A stretch of 64,000 bases of DNA from a virus (lineage: Duplodnaviria > Caudoviricetes), in the IMG/VR virus record IMGVR_UViG_3300028903_000004, positions 32,001 through 96,000 of that record; one strand, written 5' to 3'. The translations under genes and the position numbers were made by a program. The notes under the pieces were generated by a model, which was not told the origin of the DNA, ran no database searches, and saw nothing but the letters and a program-made list of their open reading frames with translations. Within the stretch, counting starts at the first letter, position 1. The number at the start of each line of letters is the position of its first letter. Positions 41,055-50,308 of the stretch are shown here, piece by piece.

Positions 41055-42434
41055 ATGGCAGATAAAGAAAAAAAATCAATCGTGGAAGAAGCTTTACTTG
41101 ATATTAATGTGATTCAAGAAGCTTTAAAGAAAAACACAAAAGAAATACTTCGTTCTACAATGAAGGAAGAAATTGAAGAACTTATAAAAGAACATGTAAT
41201 AAACGAACAGGGTTACGAAGAAGAAGACATTACGTCTAATGATGCTGATGATAATGACACTGAAAAAATTGAAACTGGAGAACTAGACAGTGAAGAAGAA
41301 ATTGAAAAAGACAATCCTGCTACACTTCCAGTAAGTGATGATGAAGAAGAAACAGAAGCAGAAATGGATTATGATGAGTTAGATTTAACAGCAGCATCAG
41401 ATGAAGAAGTAATTAAAGTTTTCAAAAAACTTTCAGCTGACGATGAAATCGAGGTAGTATCAGACAAAGAAGTTAACGTCAAAGACCCAGATAGCGGTAA
41501 TGAATATATCGTTAAGGTTAATGATGGCAAAGTAAGAAGAGAAGACGATACTCTTGATGAACCAGAAATGGATACTGAAGATGATTTAGAAATTGAAATT
41601 GAAGATGAACCAGAAATGGATGATGAAGATGAACCAGAAACTGATATCGAAGATGAAAGCGTAGAACCTGTTTATGAAATTACATTGGATGAAGACATCG
41701 TAAGAGGTCAAGGCCATGATACAGAAGCTAAAGAAACCACTACTCCTAATAAAGGTAAAATTGATGGTCAAAAAGCTCCTGTTGATTCCAAAACATCTGG
41801 TGATAATTTAAAAGGTGGATTTGATGAAGATAATCCAAATGACGGAAAAGATGGCCACGCTGAACATGTAATGGAAAGCGAAGAAGATGAAAATTCAGAA
41901 GATGAAGAAATTGAAGAAAATAAATCTCGTGCATTAGCTGATTTACATGCGAATCGTATTAGACCTGAAGGAAAGAAAGAGTATCATACCGCTCCTATCG
42001 GTAGAGCTGATGAATCTGTTTCCAAACAAAAGTTTAACGAACTGTTAAATGTAGCTAAAAAACTTCAAACTGAAAACAAGGAAATCAAAAATGCCCTTAG
42101 TCAGTTTAAGAAAATGTTAGCTGAATCAGTAGTTTACAATACTAACTTAACTTATATGGTTAAAATAATCACTGAACATTCAACCTCTAAGGAAGAAAAG
42201 AAGATGATTATGCAACGATTTGATGAAGTAAAAACATTAAAAGAATCAAAAGCACTTTACAAAACCATAATTAGTGAGTTAGCTAATAAAAAATCGATTA
42301 CTGAATCCATAGAAAATAAAATTGAAAAATCAAAAACAAGCGGTGCAAGTAATCAGTTGACTGAAACAACAGCATATGTTGATGAATCAACAAAAAGAAT
42401 AAAAGACTTAATAAAAAGAGTCGAAAATAGATAA
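41055..42434 (+). CDS. prohead core/scaffold protein
   Basis: very acidic, coiled-coil C-terminus, directly upstream of MCP; late motif 41012-41019. Confidence 0.8.
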   Translation: MADKEKKSIVEEALLDINVIQEALKKNTKEILRSTMKEEIEELIKEHVINEQGYEEEDITSNDADDNDTEKIETGELDSEEEIEKDNPATLPVSDDEEETEAEMDYDELDLTAASDEEVIKVFKKLSADDEIEVVSDKEVNVKDPDSGNEYIVKVNDGKVRREDDTLDEPEMDTEDDLEIEIEDEPEMDDEDEPETDIEDESVEPVYEITLDEDIVRGQGHDTEAKETTTPNKGKIDGQKAPVDSKTSGDNLKGGFDEDNPNDGKDGHAEHVMESEEDENSEDEEIEENKSRALADLHANRIRPEGKKEYHTAPIGRADESVSKQKFNELLNVAKKLQTENKEIKNALSQFKKMLAESVVYNTNLTYMVKIITEHSTSKEEKKMIMQRFDEVKTLKESKALYKTIISELANKKSITESIENKIEKSKTSGASNQLTETTAYVDESTKRIKDLIKRVENR

Positions 42435-42448
42435 TTAAATTGAAAATT

Positions 42449-44233
42449 ATGTCACACTTATTAACATCAGGACAAGTTGGTAATATTGGTATTAATCACC
42501 TTAAAGCTATTCGTCAACAAACCCAAGAAAGATGGGAAGCTTTAGGATTTCTTGACGGACTTAAAGGTCATATAAAAGAAAACATTGCTATGCTATATGA
42601 AAATCAAGCTAAAGCATTGTTAACTGAAACTACAGACGCTGGTTCTAGCGGTTCATTTGAAACTGTAGTATTCCCTATCGTTCGTAGAGTTTTCTCAAAA
42701 CTTTTAGCAAACGATATTGTATCAGTACAAGCATTGAACATGCCAATTGGTAAATTGTTCTATTTTGTACCTCAAACTTCTAATAGAATTGATAAAGCTA
42801 CTGGACAAGCAGGAGACCCATGGCAAGATAACCCTCGTTACTCTGCTCATACAAGTATGGCTACAGACCATCTTCCATCATGTATCGGTACTACTGGCTG
42901 TACAGCAACAACTTTCAAAACTAGAAATCTTTATGATTTATATTACAATGATGGTTTATTCGATAATTCAAAAGGTGAAATTACTATTGTTTACACTAGC
43001 GGTAACGAAGTAATCCCAGGTCGTATTCTTCCTAATGGTAATTTCTCTGCAACTACTACATTTGTAGCAGCTACTGATGGAACCGTTAGAAATGTTATTT
43101 TACAAATTTCAGGTTTCTCAGAAGTAAATAAAGGTAGATTGACTGGTCCAGATGGAAATGAAATGGATACTGAAGCATTCTTAGCATCACTAAAAATTGT
43201 TAATAATTCAGGTTCTAATATTTCTGACCCAGATGGAAAAGTTATAATTGCTGCTAATGCTGAAATTCCTTTCAGATTAGTTACTCAAAAATATGGTAAA
43301 GGCATCGTTCAATATGGTGATATTTGTGATGCTGGTGGCAATCTTTATGTTGAACTTGACCTTACACACCCAGCCATTTCGTCAAGAGAAACTTACGATG
43401 GTTATATTGGTTGTTCAGGGTTCACTGCAAATAGTATGACATTCCAAGCTTCTTGGGCTCGTTATGCATCTCTTGAACTTGAAACTGAACTTGGTGAAGT
43501 TTCTTTCAAACTTGATGAAGTTGTTGTTTCTGTTGAAGAAAGAAAATTACGTGCAACTTGGTCACCAGAATTAGCACAAGACGTTGCTGCATTCCATAAC
43601 ATTGATGCTGAAGCTGAACTTACAGCTATGTTATCAGAACAAATAGCATCTGAAATTGACCGTGAAATTCTTCGTGACCTTCGTAAAGCAGCTGCATGTC
43701 AATTCCGTTGGGATTATGCTGGTTGGAGAAAAGCAAGTAATGCTGCTAATCCTTATACTCAAAAAGAATGGAACCAAACTCTTATTACAAGAATTAACCA
43801 AATCTCAGCTCAAATTCATAAATCAACGCTTCGTGGCGGTGCTAACTTTATTGTAGTAAGTTCTGAAATCAGTGCAATATTCGATGACCTTGAATACTTC
43901 CACGCATCAGATGCTTCACCAGAACAAGACCAATATAATATGGGTATTGAAAGAATCGGTTCATTAAGTGGACGTTATCAAGTATATCGTGACCCTTATG
44001 CACCTCCATACTCTATGATTATTGGACATAAAGGTAAATCATTACTTGACACTGGTTATATCTACGCACCATATGTACCTCTACAATTAACTCCAACAAT
44101 GTACAATCCGTTTAACTTTGCTCCAGTTAAAGGTATTATGACTCGTTATGCTAAAAAAGTCGTAAACAACCGCTTCTATGGACATATTAGAGTTGACGGA
44201 ATCCCAACATTTAATATTAACGAATTACGTTAG
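42449..44233 (+). CDS. major capsid protein (T4 gp23-like)
   Basis: FPIVRRVF..L.ANDIVSVQ, RKLRATWSPELAQD..AFH.IDAEAEL, YAPYVPL, GIMTRY. Confidence 0.96.
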   Translation: MSHLLTSGQVGNIGINHLKAIRQQTQERWEALGFLDGLKGHIKENIAMLYENQAKALLTETTDAGSSGSFETVVFPIVRRVFSKLLANDIVSVQALNMPIGKLFYFVPQTSNRIDKATGQAGDPWQDNPRYSAHTSMATDHLPSCIGTTGCTATTFKTRNLYDLYYNDGLFDNSKGEITIVYTSGNEVIPGRILPNGNFSATTTFVAATDGTVRNVILQISGFSEVNKGRLTGPDGNEMDTEAFLASLKIVNNSGSNISDPDGKVIIAANAEIPFRLVTQKYGKGIVQYGDICDAGGNLYVELDLTHPAISSRETYDGYIGCSGFTANSMTFQASWARYASLELETELGEVSFKLDEVVVSVEERKLRATWSPELAQDVAAFHNIDAEAELTAMLSEQIASEIDREILRDLRKAAACQFRWDYAGWRKASNAANPYTQKEWNQTLITRINQISAQIHKSTLRGGANFIVVSSEISAIFDDLEYFHASDASPEQDQYNMGIERIGSLSGRYQVYRDPYAPPYSMIIGHKGKSLLDTGYIYAPYVPLQLTPTMYNPFNFAPVKGIMTRYAKKVVNNRFYGHIRVDGIPTFNINELR

Positions 44234-44255
44234 TATTAATTCTAAATATATTATA

Positions 44256-44282
44256 AAAAGGCTGTCGAAAGATAGCCTTTTT
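44256..44282 (+). terminator. intrinsic terminator after MCP
   Basis: aaaggctgtc-gaaa-gatagccttt plus T run. Confidence 0.85.
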
Positions 44283-44305
44283 ATTTTAAATGAATATTTA
44301 TAAGT

Positions 44306-45067
44306 ATGAAACAGTTTATTAAACAAAAATTATACGAAAGATTGGTTACTGAAAAATTAACCGATATTGATGATGATGTTGATTTAATTTATAACATGTA
44401 TTTTAAAAACGACATCGAAGAAATTCAAAATACTGGAGTTGCAAGAACAACTATGTTTAAGTCTGATAAAACAAATACCAGTATTTTAAAATCTAAAGAA
44501 TGTGTTGAAGCAGATTCTAAAAATAGATGTGAAATATTAATTAATCATGGAATAAATTATTATAATCCTTTTAAAAAAATAATTAGTATTTCGATTAATA
44601 AAAATGCTTTAAATGTTATTTTCAATAATAATGGTAATTTAATAGATGCAATTAATTATCTTCCAGATGAACAAAAAAAAATGTTTAAAACTGAGTTTAC
44701 TGAAGAAAAAATTAAAGGTAGCATTCATCATGAATTAACACATTGGATTGACGACACAATGCATAATGAACATATTAAAAATAAAATTTCAAAAGCTAAT
44801 GAATTTGGAAATTATAATCCAGATTCAGATTCAATGATTACTTCAAAAATCGAAATACAAGGACAGATACATAACATTAAACAATTATATAATAAATATA
44901 AAGATATTTGGGATAAACTAACATTCAAAGAAATGATTGAACTATCATCATCATTAACTAGTATTTACAATAAGTTAGATTACGATATGAAAAAACAATG
45001 GTTACGAGACATTAAAATTAGAATGGACCGAGAAGGATTATTAGGGAAAAATATGGCAAATACATAA
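44306..45067 (+). CDS. HExxH zinc-metallopeptidase-like protein with N-terminal leader
   Basis: IHHELTHWID...E; late motif 44294-44301. Confidence 0.65.
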   Translation: MKQFIKQKLYERLVTEKLTDIDDDVDLIYNMYFKNDIEEIQNTGVARTTMFKSDKTNTSILKSKECVEADSKNRCEILINHGINYYNPFKKIISISINKNALNVIFNNNGNLIDAINYLPDEQKKMFKTEFTEEKIKGSIHHELTHWIDDTMHNEHIKNKISKANEFGNYNPDSDSMITSKIEIQGQIHNIKQLYNKYKDIWDKLTFKEMIELSSSLTSIYNKLDYDMKKQWLRDIKIRMDREGLLGKNMANT

Positions 45068-45099
45068 AAAAAAACTCGATAAAAATCGAGTTTTTTTTT
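45066..45099. terminator. bidirectional intrinsic terminator
   Basis: A-run ctcgat..atcgag T-run between convergent genes. Confidence 0.8.
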
Positions 45100-45211
45100 A
45101 TGTTTATGCTATAAAACATAATATTATTCATTTTTATAGGTTAAATGGTAACATTTATTCAACTAATGGTTAAGTGTAACAAATTGATTTATATTAAGTT
45201 TATTTAGCTTT

Positions 45212-45805
45212 TTATTTATTTTTTTTATTTAAATTATCAAACAAATTTGAATGATTTTTTTGTTTGAAGATATTATACGGTGTAAATTTACCATCCTCAG
45301 AATAATTTTCCCAAAAAGATGAGATAAGTGAACTACACATAGTTACACCAATACAATTTTCATCTTCCTTTAGTTTTTTAAGTGTATCTGAAAATTCTCG
45401 TAAACCGCTGAAATCATATTCCTCAAAAAACTTTTTTAATAATTTTGAAGTCATATGTTTAATAAAATTTTCATAGGCTAAAATTACTTTACTAAAATCT
45501 TCTTTCATAATAATAACCCTATCGAAAGTTGAGGCGAAAACTATTCGATGGTCAAATAATACTTCTTCATTATGAATCATATCCCAAAACGGCTTCATAT
45601 CACCAGTTATTTGTAAGTCAGAAAAATTCATAGGATAGTCATCCGACATCCATTCTGGACGTTCAATCTCATTTATGAATAAATCATTATATAACTCATA
45701 TATTATACTCCAAATAATCACATACATTCTATTAATGTCATCAATTTCAGAGAATTTAATTACATACCCATCTTTATTGATTCTATAGATTATTGTCTTA
45801 CTCAT
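45212..45805 (-). CDS. hypothetical protein (early promoter)
   Basis: TAnnTTTG at 45827-45834. Confidence 0.7.
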   Translation of the reverse strand: MSKTIIYRINKDGYVIKFSEIDDINRMYVIIWSIIYELYNDLFINEIERPEWMSDDYPMNFSDLQITGDMKPFWDMIHNEEVLFDHRIVFASTFDRVIIMKEDFSKVILAYENFIKHMTSKLLKKFFEEYDFSGLREFSDTLKKLKEDENCIGVTMCSSLISSFWENYSEDGKFTPYNIFKQKNHSNLFDNLNKKNK

Positions 45806-45881
45806 TTTAAAAAAATAATTTATTTACAAATATAATTAAAAAAAAGGGAAAAAACAAATTTTTCCCTTTTTATTTTTTTTT

Positions 45882-46855
45882 TTGTATGATTAACATTTTT
45901 TTGATTAATTAGGCTCTATTACCACAGTTAGAACAGTATTTATCTTTTTTGTGTAACTTGGAGCCACAAGCAGTACAATACCTTTTAATTTGAATATCAT
46001 TAACGGTATTAATTTTCTGCGAAATAGGGAGAAGTTTTGCTGAAACTGTCCAGAATGGTAATATCCCCCAATTCTTATGAACAGTTTTCATTTCTTGGGC
46101 AGAATATGACCCTTCTTCTACACGACCTGTTTCAATCTTTCTTTTAATTATTTTACTATAAGATGTTTTGTTCGTTGAAATGTCATTGTTGTAAAATCCT
46201 AAATTTGATGATGTTGATAGTATGGAATTATAAGCTGTGTTTGGTGAATTTATTGTAGTTGATATATTACTACACTCTCCATCAGTAGTAGATATAATAA
46301 TTGGATGACCATCATAATTAAAAGGATTAGTATCTAACGTAGTCACAAACCAAATATTTGCTGAATAACTTAGATTTGGAATAATAACTTGTTCACGATA
46401 AAATTCAACTTTTAAGTCGCCATTATCTTCAATAGCTTTACGAACTTCATCAGTATTAGATACCTCATAAGTTTCAAATTTAAATTTTTTTGGAACATCC
46501 AAATAACGGTCAAGAAATACACGTTCACCTGGTCTAAGTACTAAACCACCTTGTGAAATTTTATTACCATTTAAACTAATAACAGCTAATATATTGCTAT
46601 TAGTTGGATTAAATAATTCTAATTGAAATTCTTGTCCTTTTTGGAGATAATAAGTTGGGGTTGAATTTTTCCCATAACATTTAATCCTACTTTTATTGAT
46701 TGCGATGTTGGCAGTAGGCATACCATTTGAATTAGTTAAGTTCATTTTAATTAACTTTTAATAAATTGTTATTATTAACATGCTAATCTTTTTGTGACCG
46801 CAATCACTTAAAGCCCAAATTTGACTCAAGACTAACACTAATGTTAATCATACAA
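45882..46855. repeat. 16-bp perfect inverted repeat (45882-45897 and 46840-46855) flanking one gene
   Basis: TTGTATGATTAACATT ... AATGTTAATCATACAA. Confidence 0.85.
45909..46745 (-). CDS. hypothetical protein with C-terminal zinc ribbon
   Basis: YCTACG...KYCSNCG; beta-rich N-terminus. Confidence 0.8.
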   Translation of the reverse strand: MNLTNSNGMPTANIAINKSRIKCYGKNSTPTYYLQKGQEFQLELFNPTNSNILAVISLNGNKISQGGLVLRPGERVFLDRYLDVPKKFKFETYEVSNTDEVRKAIEDNGDLKVEFYREQVIIPNLSYSANIWFVTTLDTNPFNYDGHPIIISTTDGECSNISTTINSPNTAYNSILSTSSNLGFYNNDISTNKTSYSKIIKRKIETGRVEEGSYSAQEMKTVHKNWGILPFWTVSAKLLPISQKINTVNDIQIKRYCTACGSKLHKKDKYCSNCGNRA

Positions 46856-46899
46856 TAATAAATATAATAAATTATAAAAAAATGTAAATAAAAACTTTA

Positions 46900-47316
46900 T
46901 TAGTTATTAATTTTAATTGGTTCTATTGAAATAACTTTAGTACCTTTACCTTTATTTTTTAAAGTAATTTCTTTTTCCATTGGGTATTCGATATTATTTT
47001 TTAATGTTTTTTTTATATCAATTAATTTTTTATCTGCTTTAACTGTTAAAATAACATAATATTTTCCTTTTCGAAAATTTCTAGTTTTTATTAAATTATT
47101 TTTATCCATTGAATAATGTGAACCTGGTTCAATTTTATTAATATTTTTTATATCATCTGGAGAATCAAGTTCTAATATACAATAAAGTGTTATAATATTT
47201 GGTAATGAATTATAATCAAATGATGGTCCTTCATTAAAATCAATTAAATTAAAGTCATCATATTCATCGAAATTATTATAATATTCTCGCAATATTTTTT
47301 TAATTAATTCCTTCAT
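46900..47316 (-). CDS. protein with MKELIKKILRE leader, possible degenerate ADP-ribosyltransferase fold
   Basis: ITLYC..., GSHYS, EKEITL (R-S-ExE-like with R replaced by C). Confidence 0.5.
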   Translation of the reverse strand: MKELIKKILREYYNNFDEYDDFNLIDFNEGPSFDYNSLPNIITLYCILELDSPDDIKNINKIEPGSHYSMDKNNLIKTRNFRKGKYYVILTVKADKKLIDIKKTLKNNIEYPMEKEITLKNKGKGTKVISIEPIKINN

Positions 47317-47318
47317 AA

Positions 47319-48728
47319 CTAATAATTATTTCTTAATTCTACTTGATTAATTATATCAAAATTAACAATATCTTTTATTGTTCTAACTTCTCTGTTAGTT
47401 GAGAGTTCGATGTCTAACCAATAAGTATTTGGTAGTAAACTAGATGTATCTAATAAAAAATAATTCTGGTCAAATGCCATTTCTACAGGTTGATAATCGA
47501 TTACTGTATATTCCGCAGGTCCTTCCTTTATGTATAATCTATATCTAAGTGTATCTAAAATATCGCGTTGGTTAATTGTAAACGGAATTCTAGCTGAAAC
47601 AATGACTTTGCGAATATCACCCCTAACAATTTTCTCATCACGTTTGATACCAGTAATATTAAATCCATAAACTTTAGGTATTTCTTCATTTGTCCCAATA
47701 TTATAATACCCATTTCTGTTTATAACAAATTCAAGTTCAACATCAGATAAATTTACCCCATTAATACTTAATGAAGACCAAACATCTCTAAACATTGTAC
47801 AATTCCCATAATTTGCATTAATTGGAACATTAATATCAATAGAATAAACACCAGTTGTTACGTGAGTTACATCTGTAGGTGTATATGTACTAAAAACAAC
47901 ATCATTATTATCATAAATAGTAACAGTTGGATTAGAATCTAAATTAGTCGGTAATCCACCAGCATTAACATATAGATATAATTTATTGTTTTTATTCATA
48001 TAAAAACGATATCTATCATCTCTAATTACCTCAGTATAAGTTGTTTCAATAAATGGTTCATAAAAAGTTTGAGTGTGTCTAGTGAAGAATCCAACATATT
48101 GTAATTCTTGGGTTGGAGTATTTTCTAGTGCATATGAATAAGCAAGAGCCAAACCATAATTTGTTTCACCAGAAATAATAGCATTTACATAATTTGTAAT
48201 ATCAATTTCAATATTTTCATTACCTCTTTCAAAATGTTGTGAACCGATTGTTACGGCACTAGTGTTTCCACTATATGCACCACTTCCACTAGGCCAACTT
48301 ACACCTGTTCTTGCATAAACCCAATTAGAAGGGGTATTACTTATTGAAGCATCACCTGCTAGATACGTACATGAGTTATAATCATAACCATTACCTTCAT
48401 CAAAATGTTCATCCAATGGAAATAGGATTAAATCAAAAGAGCATGCCCTTTCTTTACCATCACATGTTTCACCATTTAATAATCCTAAATCAAAACAACT
48501 TGTATTTGTCATTCTAAGTGTGTGCTTCATTTTATTTAAATCTGGAAAAGTACCACCTGTATATAGACTTCTTAATCTTGTTTCATCAAAATGAAAAATA
48601 AATCTAGAATATTCTAAATCATATACATTACCACCATAAAATAATTCAGCAATAGGGCTTCTACCCGTATTTGTTGTATTATTACGAATAATTGTATTAT
48701 TTTTATCAAAGTAAGTTCTAACAACCAT
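47319..48728 (-). CDS. virion structural protein (baseplate/tail region)
   Basis: beta-rich T/N/G composition, late motif 48744-48751. Confidence 0.6.
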   Translation of the reverse strand: MVVRTYFDKNNTIIRNNTTNTGRSPIAELFYGGNVYDLEYSRFIFHFDETRLRSLYTGGTFPDLNKMKHTLRMTNTSCFDLGLLNGETCDGKERACSFDLILFPLDEHFDEGNGYDYNSCTYLAGDASISNTPSNWVYARTGVSWPSGSGAYSGNTSAVTIGSQHFERGNENIEIDITNYVNAIISGETNYGLALAYSYALENTPTQELQYVGFFTRHTQTFYEPFIETTYTEVIRDDRYRFYMNKNNKLYLYVNAGGLPTNLDSNPTVTIYDNNDVVFSTYTPTDVTHVTTGVYSIDINVPINANYGNCTMFRDVWSSLSINGVNLSDVELEFVINRNGYYNIGTNEEIPKVYGFNITGIKRDEKIVRGDIRKVIVSARIPFTINQRDILDTLRYRLYIKEGPAEYTVIDYQPVEMAFDQNYFLLDTSSLLPNTYWLDIELSTNREVRTIKDIVNFDIINQVELRNNY

Positions 48729-48759
48729 AATATTAATTTTTATATAAATATCATGATGA

Positions 48760-49692
48760 TTAGTCTAATTTAATGTTTTTAGAGTTAACACTTGATAAAT
48801 CAAAATTAGCTAAATCATTATAAATAGGTTGTGGAGCACTTGCTTTTAAACCTGAATAAGGATGAAAATGATTTATCATAAATTTAATAGAAGCTTCCAT
48901 AAATTTTACAATGACATCTCCATAAGGAAGTGGGTGGGCTTCATTTGCAATTCTAGACATTTCATCGATTGTTATTAAATCTGACGGGTCAGTAAGTTTG
49001 AAATTTTTTGTTCCTCCGTGTGTAATTAAATGAATTTTATCTGCAACAATGTTTGCAACAGTATATTTTTTTCCTTGCGTAGTTTCTTTGGTTAAATTCA
49101 ATGGTACATCAAATTTAAGTTGAAAATAACCAATATTCTCATTATTAAACTCTAGTATATTTTTAGATTTATGTTGACCAGCTCTAATTAATACCTCTCC
49201 GTTTTTAAAAATAATATCTGAATTATCTCGACCTTGTATAGAAATATAAGATTTATCTGGAAATACGCCACGAGCTTCTGGTTTAAAACTTGGAGCCTCT
49301 TCTACTTCAACTGACCCAGTTGCTAATGCAGATTTCGCTGTAAAGAAAAACGGGTCCATTTTAAGTTTTTGTGGTTGAGATATAATAGGACCAATATAAT
49401 ATCTGTCAATATAATTAGTATCTTTAAGATTTAATTTTAGGACGAATACAGCTTCACCGACTTTAGGAGTTACTTGAAGATGTTTTGGTAATAATGGAAA
49501 AGCCATAGTTAGCTTTTTTTCTTCATCAGTTTTTTTATCATCAATACCCTTAATACTGACAATAATTCTACCAGCATCACTCTCGTCATCAATAGCTTCA
49601 ACTCTACCTATTGATATTACATCTAATTTTGCTGAATTATCATAAATGCTTTTAAGGTTAAAAGCATGTTTTTTTAAAATACTACTACTCAT
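48760..49692 (-). CDS. baseplate hub/spike protein (gp5 N-terminal OB-fold-like)
   Basis: G.V...DD....GRI.V, PLLP.....PKVGE.V.V, IQGR.NSDI, H.H near C-terminus. Confidence 0.65.
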   Translation of the reverse strand: MSSSILKKHAFNLKSIYDNSAKLDVISIGRVEAIDDESDAGRIIVSIKGIDDKKTDEEKKLTMAFPLLPKHLQVTPKVGEAVFVLKLNLKDTNYIDRYYIGPIISQPQKLKMDPFFFTAKSALATGSVEVEEAPSFKPEARGVFPDKSYISIQGRDNSDIIFKNGEVLIRAGQHKSKNILEFNNENIGYFQLKFDVPLNLTKETTQGKKYTVANIVADKIHLITHGGTKNFKLTDPSDLITIDEMSRIANEAHPLPYGDVIVKFMEASIKFMINHFHPYSGLKASAPQPIYNDLANFDLSSVNSKNIKLD

Positions 49693-49870
49693 CCCTATTT
49701 CCGTTTAATCTGTTTTTTAATTCTTTATTAGCCTCTTGAAATAATTTTTCAATGCGTACCATTTCATCATAATCTTTAAGCATTCTTTGTTTAATGGCTT
49801 CATGCTCTTGCATCATATTTTTAATTTCCATTAAAATTTGATTGCTTGTCATTTCAGAAAATTTACTCAT
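49685..49870 (-). CDS. small coiled-coil protein
   Basis: ORF in operon. Confidence 0.6.
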   Translation of the reverse strand: MSKFSEMTSNQILMEIKNMMQEHEAIKQRMLKDYDEMVRIEKLFQEANKELKNRLNGNRDE

Positions 49871-49883
49871 AATTCACATTTTT

Positions 49884-50306
49884 TTAATATAAAACTCCTT
49901 GTCCACTTGCAAAATTTGTAGTAGCACCTTGAACGACTACAGTACCAATACCACCACCAGCTGCCGTAACGGGTATTCCAGGTGGAATTACCACATCAAT
50001 TTTAGCTTGTGTTATTAATGCATTAAATATTTCCTCAACTCTTATCTTTTCCATTTTTTCGGCAATATTTTCACTACCATCATCAAGTACTCCAACTGGT
50101 GCACCAGCTTCTCGTTGTCTACTTATAATATATGATGCTGTTTGTGACGCACTAAGACCTTGCCTCATAGATGCACCAGTATATAAAAGTTGTGGAGGAA
50201 CGGGTGGCTGTGGTTTAAATTTAAGCTTAAACGCGGCAATAATAATTGCTAATACCGCTCCAATACTAGCTATTTTTTTATAATCATTTTTATCAAAAGT
50301 TCCCAT
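49884..50306 (-). CDS. putative virion protein
   Basis: ORF in late operon, Gly/Pro-rich C-terminus. Confidence 0.6.
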   Translation of the reverse strand: MGTFDKNDYKKIASIGAVLAIIIAAFKLKFKPQPPVPPQLLYTGASMRQGLSASQTASYIISRQREAGAPVGVLDDGSENIAEKMEKIRVEEIFNALITQAKIDVVIPPGIPVTAAGGGIGTVVVQGATTNFASGQGVLY

Positions 50307-50308
50307 AT

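Noticed and set aside
41555-41660. GATGAACCAGAAA direct repeats
   Set aside because: Encode DEPE(M/T)D repeats within the acidic scaffold; not a DNA-level array.
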